Source: the human T2T-CHM13v2.0 reference genome, Homo sapiens. Taken from it: a stretch of DNA of 64,000 nucleotides. Every line of letters starts with the position of its first letter. The stretch's first letter is position 1. Both the position numbers and the translations under genes were made by a program. The stretch is taken from assembly GCF_009914755.1 (NCBI RefSeq), contig NC_060929.1; one strand, written 5' to 3'. Of the stretch, positions 16,891 to 32,319 are shown piece by piece. The notes beneath the pieces are model-generated. The model saw only the letters and a program-made list of their open reading frames with translations. It did not search any database and was not told where the DNA came from.

Positions 16891-19065
16891 GAAAAATAAC
16901 TTTCTAAAGCAGGTATAACTGCCCTTTCTTAAATATATTTGCTGTATTTTACTGGCTTTGTGTTGTTGTTGGTTGTTGCTGCTGTTTGAATATTTGTTTT
17001 TATGTTCTGATAGGCAAACTCTATACGAAAAGGTTAGATGATTTTAGTTTAGAACACATACCAATTACCTTTGTTATTTTACTAAAAAATATGATCTATA
17101 TTAAGCACTAATAATGATAGCTATTTGCAGCAGGAATTTCTAAAAAATCAATTCTATAATTTTTTTCTATTAACTTTGAAAACATAAATTTGATATACTT
17201 ACAGATTAAACAACATATGTAGTATGAAAACTGGTTACAAAATATAATGCAATTATTGCTCTGAGCCTATAAGAATTAGAAAATTAATGAGATCATGGAG
17301 GTTATTTCATAAATTATATTAATATTTTATTTGATTTGCCAACATTTTGGTTAACACTTTTGAAGTCATCTTCCCAAGTTAGAGGACCTTATAATGTTCT
17401 TTCAGTGTACTGTTCTTTTCTGGTAGCAAGAGTATCCTCTTTTTAAAGAATGATTAGTTTATATGGGACAGGAATCATTTTTCCTTAAGGGTTTGGTATT
17501 ACCTATGCAGATCTTCACAATGCTCTAGTTCTTTGTGTGAGAATCTTTCTAGATATTGCTTCAATTTCTTCTTGATTGTCCTACAGCACTTATTTCTCAC
17601 TCATTAAGTTATGTAAGGGCCGTTATTCTGTCACATAAAAGCTGAAAGAAGGGCCTATAAATAAGTAGAATGAAAAGAAATTTTTGTCCACCACAGTCTT
17701 TGAAAGAACAGTTTTTAATTCTAACCTTGCCTTAACACATCATTTTCCCAGTATTATGATTAGTAGTTATAGTGTAACAAAAACATAAATTTATTAGATA
17801 AGAATTACAGAGAATAGTAACATACAATTATAGCTTCCAGGAAGTATATTAAAAGATTGGCATTGTGTGAAGAGTTATATTCCAGAGACACTAAAGTATT
17901 TCTCTATTTAAGTTATGTGCATGAAGAAAAGTGCTGATATGATAGTGATGTTTGCTCAATGTTCGTTGAAGATGCAGGGTTTCTGAAATGGGACATAAGT
18001 CGGCTATTGGTTGTGATTTGAAAAATCTGTGTTCCATTTCTGGATAAATGTCACTTTTGTAAACTTGGTTGAGATATTGTCTCATAATAAAAATCAGGAA
18101 ATAAATATGTAATAATTACTCCATATCTAATTGCCATAATGTCAATAGAATACCCGCTACATATGGCATTAATTATGTATATATTGAATGAATAATTGAC
18201 TGAATCTCATGATAACTCGTTTTGCCTAAACATATGATATAAAGATTAATTATATGAAATCTGTTACTGTTTTTCAAGGGCATTCTATCTATGTAAACAA
18301 ACTGAGCTTATTACTCTGTCATTTAAATATAGCATTAGGCCAATACAGTCATCTCAGCTTTCTCTGGTTCTAAGATTTGGGGTCACATGCCTAGTAAACC
18401 AATAGCTAAATGAGACTGGAATTTGAATGTTTTGGTAAATAAGATTTCAATTAGATTCTTCAGATTATATTATTCAGATGTGGGGGCTTATTAATATACA
18501 GTAATACTTTGGTCAAATTTTCTAATCTATGCTAGATTTGTCTCTGATCCAAATTTTGGATTTTAGATTTTAGAGATCAAAGCTATTTATTTGGACAAAT
18601 CCATAATTACCTTAGGAAGTTTCAGCTTCTCTATTCAACATGAAATGGAACCCATAAAATATCATATAAGAAAGAACTGACCCTATGATTATGAATCCAA
18701 GACTGGCTTTTCAAAAAGTACCATATTACAGGACTGATAAGCATGCAGAGCGGATTAACATAGTGATTAAGAAGTGTTTATTCCAATCACATTATATTAG
18801 AGCCAATAGAAGCCAAGAAAATAATCTATTATGTAGTGATTGTTAAAGAGACCTATGGTTGTCTATGACCCACCCAATATTTTGAGAATCACTTAAAACT
18901 GGCAGAATAGTTAGGGCTCTTATGATGCTCTCATGGTAGCCTTGCAGAGTCTACCAAATTTAAAATACAGTATTCATGTTAGGCGAGGAGTTTTCAACAA
19001 ATATGTGCTGCAGTAATATGAGAGAGAAAGAGAGAGAATGAGAGAATGAGTAGGACAACAGTGTG

Positions 19066-19103
19066 GAGATGTATGTATATATATGTATAAATGTGTGTAT
19101 ATA

Positions 19104-19134
<31 letters not shown>

Positions 19135-19138
19135 ATGT
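19066..19138. repeat. (TA/TG)n microsatellite including about (GT)12
   Basis: Direct reading. Confidence 0.9.
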
Positions 19139-19888
19139 CTTTCCACAATCCTAGTAAAGGAAGGTTTTATTTTGGTTTAAGGAACGTAAAACTCAGAAAT
19201 CTCCCAAGAGAACAGATTCATATTCATGATATATATCCATTACTTACCTAGGCTTTACAGGTTTGTTTCTACAATAGTTTGGAGGAAGAAGGAGAGTTAT
19301 ATACAGATGAAAGCAGACTTTAATATAAGTCCTTTGCAGTTAAAATGAATACCTACTCACATCCTACAAATGCTCTACAGTATCATTGGCTTTTCTAACC
19401 TATAAAATCCAACATGAGTATCATGCTCTACAGAAATCAAATGCTCCAAATTGGCCTATCACATAAAAATAAATTCAGTGCTTATGCGTTTGTTTATTAT
19501 GTTTATAAACAGTGAGCTTAAACCAGGTACCTCAGCCTGGAATTGAGGTGGATCTTTGCATATGTCATACCCTCCAGGCAACAAGAAGCTGTTTCATTGT
19601 TCAGTGTTGATCAATTATGTCAACCATCATAGGGAAAGAATATTGACTCAATATTTGTTTTCCACTTAAATTATCTGAATTACAAGTCAGAGTTATTTAA
19701 GATCAACCATAAGGAATTTAGGCCTGCAGTGCATCCTGCCTGGAAAAATTACAATTATTATGGAGCAAGTTCTCTGAATTTTAGCTAACACTAAAAATAA
19801 ACTTTCCAAAGAGTCAGATATCTTTATTTAGTATTTAATTAAATTCAGTGCTATCTAAATCAGAAAACATTATTTATAAATTCTTATA

Positions 19889-20265
19889 TGATATTGTTTG
19901 GATTTGTGTCTCCACCCAAAACTCATGTTAAATTGTAATTCCCAATGTTGAGGGACCTGGTGGGAGGTGAATGGATCATGGGGGCAGATTTTCCCCTTGT
20001 TCTCACGATAGTGAGTGAGTTCTCCTGAGATCAGATTATTTAAAAGTGTGTGGCACTTTTCCCTTTGGATTCTCTCTCTCTCATTGCCAAGTGAAGATGT
20101 GCTTGCTTCCTTTTCACCTTCCACCATGATTGCAAGTTTCTTGAGGCCTCCCCAGCCATGCCTCCTTCACAGCCTGTGGAACTGTGAGTCAATTAAACCT
20201 GTTTACTTTATATACTACTCAGTCTCAGGTAGTTATTTATAAAAATGTGAGAACGAACTAATATA
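19889..20265 (+). mobile_element. MSTA-type MaLR solo LTR
   Basis: TGATATTGTTTGGATTTGTGTCTCCACCCAAA...CAATTAAACC...AACTAATATA. Confidence 0.85.
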
Positions 20266-21852
20266 TCATGTGTGGCAAACATCTAGCATAGTTTTGACCT
20301 TATTATTTTCAAATATATACTATAACTGAATGGAAATAAATATTCAGTAGGTATATATCAAGCTACTTAGAATTTCCTAAATGTATTCTTAACCACGTTA
20401 GAAGCTAAGTTGGTTAAAAAGAATTGATCTTTTTATGTCTACATAAAGTAGAATTATGTAAAATAGGTTATATTGAACTGCTTGCTTTTTGGTTTGCTGT
20501 TCTTGATTCTTGACTTTTTTCCTGTATGTGTGTAGCAAATTTTGGATAACATTGAGTTTTTTTAATTTCATATACATATTCTAATAATTTTAAGATTATT
20601 AGGTATGATGGATGAATGAAAATAAGCTGTGAATATTAAGGCACTGATTAATACAAGTCACAATCAATTTTAATTTTAAATAACATATTATTGAATAAAA
20701 TTTTTGTTTTTATATGTACAAACTTCTGTCTATACATGAAACACATAAATTCTGTCTGATACACACAGGTATATATGTGTGTTTATATATATATTCACAT
20801 ATACATAGGTAACAAACATATGTTTTATTATTGTAATTTTTCAGATAAATAAATGAAATTCACATTTGTTAACCAAAGAAAATTGTTTTCTTTTTTCTTT
20901 CAATTTTTACATAACAAGTAGCACATTTAAACCAAGGTTCGCATGCTGAAAAAATATAGTCTTTTCAATGCGTCACCCTGCTTCTCTTTAAGATAATACC
21001 CACACAATTAAATCTAAGAGGTATTTGATTTTGTTTCTGATTGATTCAAAACTACTGGATTTTATTTTAATCTCAGAAACAGCAATGTATTAGAATTTTT
21101 ATTGCTTATATAAAAAGCCTAGGGAATTACTTGAGTAAAGATGAGGATTCTGGTACTACAATAATAAATATTATGTATTTCTAATCCAAAGTAGACAATT
21201 CTTTTCAAATATGCATTTTGAAGATCCATAATTAACTTCACAGCCTTTTGTGATTCATTTGTTAAAATACTTTACATATTAAAGCAGTTAATTTACTTTT
21301 ATTGAACTTTGACTTTAATAAATTAAACTATTTCCTTATCACTTTTTTCTCCCATTTAAGACACTACTTGCTTTTTTTTCTCATCTTCTCTCCTTTTCTT
21401 CCTTCCTCTCTTCTCTCCTCTTCTACTCTCTCTCCTGTTAGATATAAGCAAAAAACTTTTTATGTGTTTCTATAGTTAAAATGTTTTGGGGCAATTCTAA
21501 GCTGTTACTGAGTGTTAATTTATACAATTGAATAGCTTCCAAATAGCCCAACAGACATGACTGAGTTTATTTTAGTACTAGGAGAAATTACATTTTTTTT
21601 CCCTAAGACTCTCAAAGAGAAATATAATGGTGAATAGTTAAGTGCAAAACACAGCCTATAGTTAGTAAATCCATTTATAGACTGTGTCTTTTTCTCTAAA
21701 TTGAATATGCTATATAAACATAAAACGCTTCTCTTAAAGGTTTAAAATCAAAGGTTAAAAAATAATAGTCAGGATTTAAAGTCAAAAGTGGAGGCATATC
21801 AGCTCTGTTCAAATCACTCACATATATTTTAGTTCAGTTTATTTCAAATTTA

Positions 21853-22318
<466 letters not shown>

Positions 22319-23260
22319 CTAACCTTCTTATTTTAAATAATTATATTTTCCTTTTATTGGGTTTGTAGGAGGAGTAGAATCAGTTTATTGATTCAAAGTT
22401 TTTCCTAATAAACCAGCTGTTTCTAGTATTGTTATTATGAAAGACATACATGATTATCTACTTAACATTTGTTTCCTTTCTTCTAAGGAGAGCTTCTATT
22501 TGTCCACACCCTTGTCATACTGAGAACAGCAGAGTAGATTGATGAAAAACAAAACAACGAATCCTACATAATGCATGCTGATTTTAATGCTTCTGAATTA
22601 ACAATTGTTTAAATAGCCATACCTCCAGATTTTGAAGTGAGCTAATTAATGTATTCCTATTCAAACCATTTGGAGTTGGGATTCTAATATTAACCTTTGC
22701 GTATATCCTATTGGACAGTGTTAGTCAGGTATTGTTGTGTGCATTTGGCTTTACAAAGGCTGGTGTTTTTTAACTGTCATAAATATAAAACTAAGCCATC
22801 TTCTCTTAAAATTACATTAAATTTTATATTAAACTAAATGGAAGCATAAAGCAATGATTTTTTAAGGGTTTTTTATAACTGTATTTGCTCTGGAGGCATA
22901 ATGTCTAGTCTAGTGAAATCGGTACTCTGAAGTTTACTTATAAACTTTTTGTGTTTTCTGGGATAATCCTTGATTATAAAGTACATGTCAGTCTTCAAGT
23001 TTGTTTTGTTTTGCTGATATTTGCTTAAAAGTAATAAAGAAGGCAATACTGATTATCCACCCTAATTAAAATGAGCCATAAAACTCCACTTTTATTAGAC
23101 TAAAATGATCAAAATTATCAGTAATCCTATGAAGATTCTAAATGCAGTAATACATTACTCTTAGAAGCATTAGAAATGAAATGCAAGCATGTCTGGGCAA
23201 CTCTCTGCATACTTGGTGTCTGTACAACTTACGATCTGATACTGATGGTTTATAATATAG

Positions 23261-23624
<364 letters not shown>

Positions 23625-26600
23625 AGTAACCTTTGTTATTGTTCTATTGCTTCACTTGTTTCACTTGTACTTCTCTGATTAGGGACCATCAAATTGCTCC
23701 TGGTGTTCAGATCGATAAAATTCTGTGGGTGGTTGTAACAAAAGTAAATACTGAAAGAAGTATATCCCTTCTGACTTTTTTTTTTTTTTTTGTAGAACTA
23801 TTTCTGCATTCCACTTGACTTCAGCTAAAGAAACTGGTCTGTAAAAATGGCTTTTTAAATATTATAGAGTGAAATGCCACTGAAAGGGCTACACTTCCTA
23901 AGCCAGCCTCTCTAAATGACCCCTAGGTCCCCTGTGCAAAAAGTAATCACCCTCTTTTCTGCAACGAAGAATTTTATTAATTCCCAAAGTTTTATAATCT
24001 TTATATTCATCATATTACCCACTGTATCCATGACTTACTTCTTAAAAATCAGGGCAGTGTTCAGAAACCGATATCTGACATTTACTTGAATGAAAAAAGG
24101 CATCATTTAGCCTGAACTTTCATTTTGATCTTTCCATACCCTGATTTCATTCCAATCATTTTTTGCTGCTTTATAGGCTCAAAACTAGTACTCACTGAAC
24201 TTGCTTATTTTTAAGTGACTCATCTAAGAAATATAATTTATTTATGCCCTCAATGCCCACAATATAAACACTGTAATATTATATATTTTTTCTAACAGCA
24301 GGGTGATTATAACTAAAGATCTAGAGCATGCATTAGACCCTGTGACATTCTGTACTTAAGGGATGTAGTTTAATGTGAATGAAATTTGTGAAGCCTGAAG
24401 GTTAAATTGACATTTAGGTGTCAGATACAAACTCTGGGTGCTATACTCACATGGTAAAGAGATGAAGTAAATAATTGTTTTAAAAGGGAATGGTCAAGCT
24501 CTGTAGTTTCTCTCACTATACTTTAATATGCAGACTAGCCTTCCATTTTTCCATTTAGACATAAAGTCAATAAATATATGACCACCACTAATATACTAAT
24601 TTTCCACAGCAAAAAAATCGATTACTTTACAACTGACTCCTATATTTGGATGAATAACTGGAAGACTCAGTAAACCTGAACAAAATGTCTGTTACTTTAA
24701 TTATGTACCTGACTTAAAGAACTTACTGGGTTGCTAAAATATTTTACATGCAGTAAGTTTTAAGTGTAGATACTTAACTCTTAAGCCTATACTTTTGACA
24801 CTCAAGATTGCAAATTATTATTATTGTATAATTTCTTACTTTTGTGGCAAAAGATAGAGAAATCAAATAGAGTTTACAAAGAGATGGGTTGGGTAGTTTT
24901 GGAATATATATTACATTTTTACTGAATTTCCATTTTTATGGTACCTAGTTTCAATATATTTACTTTCAGACATAAATATTTTTATGTATACTTTTCACTG
25001 AATTGACACATTTAATGGTGTTAAGATGAAATTGAAAATGTTATTTATATTTATAATATTTAAACATAGGGAAAAAACATACATATCTACAGTATTAGCT
25101 TGCATATAACGATAGACATACAACGGATATCTAACCACAATTCAACATAGGTCTAATTATCTTTAAAGCCATTATTATAATCCTCATTTTTCATTGTGTA
25201 AAATAACGTTTCACAATTTAAGTTTGTAATCTAACTGAAGTTAGTTGCTTTTTTCTTTGCCAAGTTCTGAATCATTTTCAGCATGAATCATAGCAGCATT
25301 CTGGAGGCTCTTCCACTGTTTTGGGGACCTAATTTGAAATTCCTCATAAGATAGTGGATGGATCCATCCATTTTAAGATACGCATTTGCAACTCATTAAA
25401 TTCCAAGCATTTGGTGAAACTCATGATGAGGAATCTGTTTCCCCAAATCCCTTAAATAAGGAAGCTCCTTCAATTCCTCAATCACTTCCTAATTATGCTG
25501 CTTATATTTCCAACCCTTCTCACTCTCAAAATTCTTATAACAGTCATCAGTTTACAATCGTTTGTCCATTTCAATTTTTATAAGTGCAATAATTGTTTTT
25601 ATTACTCACTCATTAGTCTGTCCATCACTCATCAAAAAAGCCTCATGTATCAAGATCTTCAATAAATATTTGTTGAATACATTTCATATTTTGAAAGTGG
25701 AGAATGCCTTAATGGCATTTCATAATATTAAGGATAAGCTTTTGAAAATATATGTGTTCACATTCTCCAATATTTGTGGCCCAGAACATTTGTTCGATAA
25801 TTTATAATTGTGAGTTGAATTCTCTAAATCTATGGTTCACTTAAATTTTGATTTAATTGCATTCATTTTGATTACAAGATTATACTTTGCAAATATTTAA
25901 TTAACCATTTTTGGATAAATGTTTCCAGGTGTCGATTCTTAGTTGTGTCTTGCAACATTTTTCTTCTCATCCCTGTCTAGTTAAATTCATTTTGTACATC
26001 TTAGATCTTTTAAGAGGTATATTTTATAAATATGAAAAGACCAATAAACACTAGAAAGAGTATAAAATTATTGGTACCTTATGGCCCCAAATTATAATTA
26101 AAAAATAATTACAGACACCAGAAAATATGTCCTCCGTAATTATTACTTGTGTGGTTTTAGTGTAAAAAAAAAAAAAAAAAAGGGAGAGAAAAAACAAAAT
26201 ACTTCAATATCTAAACAAGGAGAATAATGTGCCTTCAAAACATATATATTCAATGTCATGGGTACTTCAGGTCAATTTTTATATTGATATATAAAACATT
26301 CTCACCTTTTCACTGTTTTGGAGTAAAAACTTCTACATTGTATTCAAAGATTTTCATAGTCTTTCAAATTTCTTCTGAGTTAGTGAGTGAGTTTTATTCA
26401 GGTATTTTTAAATGTAAGACTCTGGTTGTCAAGTTAAGTTCTGTGTCCTGATAAAGTAAACTTAAAAAGAAAGAATTAGCATTATATATATGGATTTAAC
26501 CAAATGTGATAAGCCATTCATATTTTCCCAAACAATCTTACTTGCATAATATACTCAATTACAACTGGATGCTTTTATTATTAATTATGGCTAATGATGG

Positions 26601-26839
26601 TGTTCCAAAAGCAAGCTATATCTTAAATTGTAACCTGATTAACACATGTATTCATCATATATTTTAATTAATGATTTTTGTAAAATGGAAGATTTCTATT
26701 TTTATAGTTTGTAATAGTGACCTTGAGTTCATAAGAAGAGTTTTCAAACAAAACTCTATTTTAAGAAAATAATAAATTGATTTTACAGATACAGAAAACT
26801 ATCTGAAGTAATATATCAAAAATATGATAAATAGCAATA

Positions 26840-27130
26840 CATTATGTCAAGGAGCTTGTCTTATGGTCTGTCACAGAGGTCACTCTTTACCTCCATCCGA
26901 TTTAATATCCTATTTAGCATTTTAATTAAGAATTTAGAAGTGCAAGTAAATGGAATATTAATAAGGTTCTCATAAGATACAAAATAGAGAGGTGCTACAA
27001 ACTATTTCAAAAACAATAAAATGATACACAGACATAATGAGGTTAGTAGCAGGGACAGTATAGAACGAAATGAAATCTGCTTTAGAAAATATGAGTTAGT
27101 ATGCATTTCAAAAATCAGGCATGTAAGTCT
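26840..27130 (+). mobile_element. L3/CR1 RT fragment, very old
   Basis: TCCTATTTAGCATTTTTAATTAAGAATTTAGAAG...AATAAGGTTCTCATAAGATACAAAATAGAGAGG follows the CR1 LFNIFINDL...KFADDTKLGG layout. Confidence 0.45.
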
Positions 27131-27305
27131 TTCATAAAAAATGTTTAGTCAAAAAAGACGGAAAAAGGAAAGAATATTGTACCTACAGAATGTTTGGACA
27201 TATCGTAATATTGTGCCTTATACAAAGATGTTACCAAGGTTCAACCTTAGAAATTAAGATCTCAATTGGTGAATAAAATACTAAATTCAACCCAATATTT
27301 GCAAA

Positions 27306-27520
27306 GTCTTGGACAAGAGTACAAATTAAGATCCAGATACAGTTGGTTAAATAATTAAAATATATACACAAGCTAAAAACATTAAAAAATAATGTTCTAT
27401 TTTCCTACCTTAAAAACATATATTTAAAGCCACCTGAAAGGTCAGGTGTGAGTTACCAATTCCAATCCTCACCTTTACGATTTCTTTCCTGGAAGTTGAT
27501 GATATGAGTAGAGTCAGCAT
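27306..27520. mobile_element. MER115/Zaphod (hAT-Tip100) fragment
   Basis: GACAAGAGTACAAAT...ATAATGTTCTATTTTCCTACCTT...ACCTGAAAGGTCAGG. Confidence 0.5.
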
Positions 27521-29912
27521 GTGGACTCCTAGAGACCTTACCTCAGTCTCATCCTATCAGAGACTCTGCAGGACAAATTGTCCCACTGATTAGTCTGAAC
27601 TTGGGGCCAGGGAAGTTTTCAGTATTCACTGACTGCAGCCTGCCCCCTACAGTGGAGTATAACCTATCAGGCAATCCAGTGGCTTCTATTTAGACTACAG
27701 TAAGTCTTTGAAATAGGAGGCAGCTGTGATACAAACTCCCAAGGCAGCTGAGATACAACTTTTCCAGTACAGGGAATCCAAATGGGATACCATTAGTCTC
27801 CGTTACAGTCACTCATTGTATGCCTCAGGTCTCCTGGCTTCTCACATTTGGTTTGTTGCATCTAAACATGGCTTCTCTAAGATGTTGGTAAGCCACAGTT
27901 TCTGGAAAACTTTAAATATAACAATTAGTTCAGTCAATGGCAGCATGCACTGCTGCAGTTGGTCCAAGGCCATAATTGATATTCATCATGTACCTCTTCT
28001 GCTATCCAGTCAAGAGTCTCCTCATCTAGTACTTATTTTGGTCTACGTAGTTGCCTTGTGGGGAGCTGTAGGAGACCTTACCCCTGAAGGTTCCACATCC
28101 TGGTTACCATGCACTTATTAGGCGGTATTGCTTTACTGGCCTGTTTACAGTTAAAACTAGGCAGAGGAATACCAGTAAATACCCAGAGGATCTCCTGACT
28201 TCTAAGTACATTTTGCCTTGCCCGCATTATGTAACAGCAGCTTTCGTGAGGATTACAGTTCGTTACCTTTTTTAGTATGGTAACTTCCTTCTGCACTTGC
28301 TGGTCTACTGAAACAAAGAGCCCCAAATCTCCAGGCAGCAGTTATAGCTTTAAGTCTAGTGATACTCTTACTACATCTCTTTGTGGAAGTGACCCACTTT
28401 AGACTGAGAGAGCATAATGATGAGAGAACAGGAAACACAAATGCCTCAGGTGGTCCCTGGGTGTACTGGTGAGTGGGATCACTGATACTTCCACTCCTTC
28501 ATGACCAGACTGATGTATTCCATCTGCTGGAAACAAAGCAGTATGTCAGGGCCACCGGTTTAAGAATTATACCACATTCTGAATGAGAGAATCACATCCT
28601 CTTATAGTTTCATTTTCAAGCTGGCTTCTCAACTGTTTTTTTCAAAAGGCTCTTCCCCTGCTTTATCAGAGAAGCAGTTTCAAGATAGTGTAGTTTGTGG
28701 CTGAACTGTGGTCATGTGTACACCACTGCAGCAGGTTTGCTATAAAGCATCATTGGCTTGAAAACTTTAGTTAGAGGAGCTTCCATGTTGGTAGATCAGA
28801 CATGGTATAAGTATTTAAATAGTGGTGCTGGCTGAACAACAGCGCAAAGAAAGGAAAAGGCATTTCTAGAGTACATTACAATCACATTTAAGATGAATCA
28901 CTGCCTTTTCCAGATCCTAATGAGTTCATTATAATCAAATTGACACCAAATGCTTTGCTGTCTTCTATGTGTGCTTTATTATGGACTGAGCACCATTCTG
29001 TGTTACTGGCAGATGAAGTTCTCAGTAGCAGCCAGACGTAGATCAAATTAGCTTGCCAGAGAATCCATGCTGCTGGACCCATACACAGTCTCTATGTAAC
29101 CATGACTATTTATTCCATGATCTCATGGTAAAGCACTGGAATACTTAAGGACAAAGACTAGCTAGCATTTAATGGCTGAGGTGTTATGTGCACTTGGTGA
29201 TTCCATACTCTCTGATGGAGATTAAGCTGTGATGCAGATATCTGAGCACTATATTTTATGGTTTACAGGTACATCTTTGTGACTTCTCCCCAGACTGCCC
29301 TTATAATCGTGCATATCTTTACCCCAGGTTAATTCTGTTTCCACACTAAGTGGATGATTGGGTACACCGCTCAAATTCTGCCTGCTGGGGACATATTCCT
29401 TCCTCTCCATAGGCTTTCAGAGCCATGCCTACTTGGAACAATTGTGCAGCAGCACTCCATGACATGCAGACCCATACTGAGCTAATTCATCCTTGCACTA
29501 ACTTTGAGCTTTTTCATCCTCCATCATCTAGGTATAGGACATCTCAATGAGGCCATAGGTGTTATCTAACAGAGAGGTATCAGTGTAACAGTGAAGGATG
29601 ACATAGGAGTTTTGTGATCTGCATGTCCAGCTTCCATGTGACCTCTGTGCCCTCTTGGGCCACTTTTTAAATGTATCACTCTATTTTACAATGGATGCCT
29701 TATGGGCTCATCTGAACTTACTTTTAATGAGCAGTCCTGGCTGCATGGAGAACCGATGGCAAGTTTCTAAGACGGTAATAGTAGCAAGATTTTCGAATGT
29801 GTATAATTATCTTCTAGAGATGTCAAGATCTTGTGCCATACTCTAAGGGTCAGTGTGTAACTGTCCTATTAAGCCTTGTCATTGGCTTCACACAGCCTCA
29901 TCTCTTACTGGA

Positions 29913-30329
29913 TGGTATGGTTTGGATGTTCCTTCTAAATCTTATGTTGAAATATGATTCCCAATGTTGGAGGTGGGGTCTGGTGAGAAGTGATTGGATC
30001 ACGGGGCCAGATCCCTCATAAATGGTTTACCATCATCCCCTTGGTGATGAGTGAGTTATCACTCATTAGTCCAAAGGAGATCTGATTGTTTAAAAGATTC
30101 TGAGACCTCCCTTTTCTCTTTCTCTTGCTCCTGCTCTCACCAGATGATGAGCTGCGTTCCTTTCATTTTCTGCCATGATTATGAGCTTCCTGAAGCCCTC
30201 ATCATAAGCAGATGTCAGCATCACACTTCTTGCACAGCCTGTAGAACCGAGAGCCAAAATAAATTGATTTTCCTTATAAATTACCCAGTCTCAGATTTTT
30301 TTATAGCAATGCAAGAACAGACTAACTCA
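29913..30329 (+). mobile_element. MSTB-type MaLR solo LTR inserted in the ERVL relic
   Basis: TGGTATGGTTTGGATG...GATCCCTCATAAATGG...GCAAGAACAGACTAACTCA. Confidence 0.85.
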
Positions 30330-30814
30330 CCAGAGACAGCTGTAAGACCATGGGATCAACTTATTCATATCGCCCAATGAATAATGGCTGCTTACACTGT
30401 AGTGTGGACTTGCAGTGGAGGACTTTCTTTGTTCAAAGCCACATGCATGCAGTTTTCAATGGAATTTGATTTAAATGGATCATTACTTACAGCCCTGTCT
30501 TCCAAGTGTTCAAAACACTGTTGCCGAATCTCAAAGAGGTCTACCATTTGTTGTGTTTCTTTCTGAGTGGTAAGAAGTACAAATGGCACTATCTCGTCTT
30601 TAAATTTTCAAGGGACATCCCAGTATTCCACAAAAGTACTGAGTCCTCTGAAATATCACATCTGTGGAAGACTCCGGTATAATTTTATGGATTTTCTTAC
30701 AGTAGACCTAAATCACCTGGATATTCTGCAAAAAATCACATTGAACAGCTAAATTGATAGTGTAATGTTAACTACACCTGATGAGAGGAAGTGGCAAGTA
30801 CTCGGGATGCCTTG

Positions 30815-30815
<1 letters not shown>

Positions 30816-30858
<43 letters not shown>
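30816..30858. repeat. (CA)n microsatellite, about 21 units
   Basis: Direct reading. Confidence 0.95.
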
Positions 30859-30859
<1 letters not shown>

Positions 30860-31290
30860 CCAGCATAATTCTTGATCAAGGCAGCTCCCATTTGGTTGAA
30901 AATTAACAAGTCAGTAAATTTTCTGGAAAAGGATGAGAATCTCAGATTTTATCGGACATTTAACAGCAGCTGGAAATGGGTAAATTGGACTGATAAAGGG
31001 GAACCGCATAGAGCACCAACAGTGTACATGCAACACGGTTATGTAATTAGTGATCCGGGGCTGGACTCCAGGTATTCTTACTCAAACCATTATTTTTATT
31101 GTGTAATGCATGTAGTATATATGTGTGTGTTGGGCATATGCTAAAATTTTTATTCACTTTTATGTGCCAATAAAACTACATATGAGTGACAGACAAAATA
31201 GAAGTTTATGATTTCTTTTTTTTCTCTCTCTCTTCATGTAAAAAATGTATGCAAAATGCTTGACAAGGAATCTCAATAGAACCAGGCTTT

Positions 31291-31579
31291 TTTTTTTCTT
31301 TTTTCTTTTTTTTGATGGAGTTTCACAGTGTTGCCAGGCTGGAGTGCAGTGGCACGATCTCGGCTCACTACAACCTCCACCTCCCGGGTTCAAGTCTCAG
31401 CCTCCCAAGTAGCTGGGACTACAGGAACACACCACCATGCCCGGCTAATTTTTTGTATTTTTAGTAGAGACAGGGTTTCACCATGTTAGCCAGGATGGTC
31501 TTGATCTCCTCACCTCGTAATCTGCCTGCCTCAGCCTCCCAAAGTGCTGGGATTACAGGCCTGAGCCACCGTGCCCGGC
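31291..31579 (-). mobile_element. AluSc-like
   Basis: TGTTGCCAGG and GTTAGCCAGGATGGTCTTGATC diagnostics; TSD AGAACCAGGCTTT at 31278-31290 and 31580-31592. Confidence 0.92.
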
Positions 31580-32204
31580 AGAACCAGGCTTTCTTAGTGG
31601 ATCAGGCTATCAGGAGTGTTCTTGATATGCAAGAAGAAGGAAAATAGCAAAGAACACAATGGTGTGTACCTTTTGAATCTAGACTTCAATTTAGAAAGCT
31701 ACTATGTAAGTCCTTTCCAATAACTTTTTCAAATGATGTAAGAATTGTGTCCCATGATCACTCTAGCTGAAAGAATCCTGTGAAATATACATTTTTATAT
31801 CTGTAGGTTGCCACATGCAACAAATGTTGAGAGTAGTCAATAATAAATCAAATAAATAATTGAATAATATAAACCGTTAATAATAACTTAAATGCTTATA
31901 TGTATGTGTGTTTGCATAGGTCAAAGGAAGACATGCGTATAGGTGCAAATATATAAAACAACATAAAATGCAAAAAGGTACTAAAAAGCTTTTAATAGAA
32001 AGCAACATTTTCCAGTTCTGCCATGATTTTAAACCATGCACTTAAAATAAGATTGCTGCGTTTAATAACTATATTATATATTTTCTAAAAATATAATTAA
32101 AAAACGTACTTCTAAAAAATAATTTATTTCATAGGCATGCCTCCCAATTTCAGCACTTCTTTATATTTTTATTATTTATGCTTCTCCTAGATTATTTAAA
32201 AATT

Positions 32205-32317
32205 TTGTAGATAACAGGTTGATGAGTGCAGCAAACCACCATGCACCTGTATACCTGTATAACAAACCTGCACGTTCTGCACATGTATCCCTGAACTTAA
32301 AGTATAATTTAAAAAAA
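32205..32317 (+). mobile_element. Short 3'-terminal L1PA (about PA7/8) fragment
   Basis: GGTTGATGAGTGCAGCAAACCACCATG...AACAAACCTGCACGTTCTGCACATGTATCCC...AAAGTATAAT plus A tail. Confidence 0.85.
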
Positions 32318-32319
32318 TT

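Larger units (their letters stand above)
27840..30866 (-). mobile_element. ERVL-class internal region (decayed pol RT/RH/IN and dUTPase), interrupted by MSTB
   Basis: ORF 30392-30589 TTQKETQQMVDLFEIRQQCFEHL resembles ERVL RT TTKKEAQRLVGLFGFWRQHIPHL; ORF 28078-28326 GLFVSVDQQVQKEVTIL resembles the ERVL dUTPase region. Confidence 0.7.

Noticed and set aside
26164-26181. Poly(A)18 as a processed-pseudogene tail
   Set aside because: No TSD or upstream ORF; context resembles a decayed L1M where an A-run expanded
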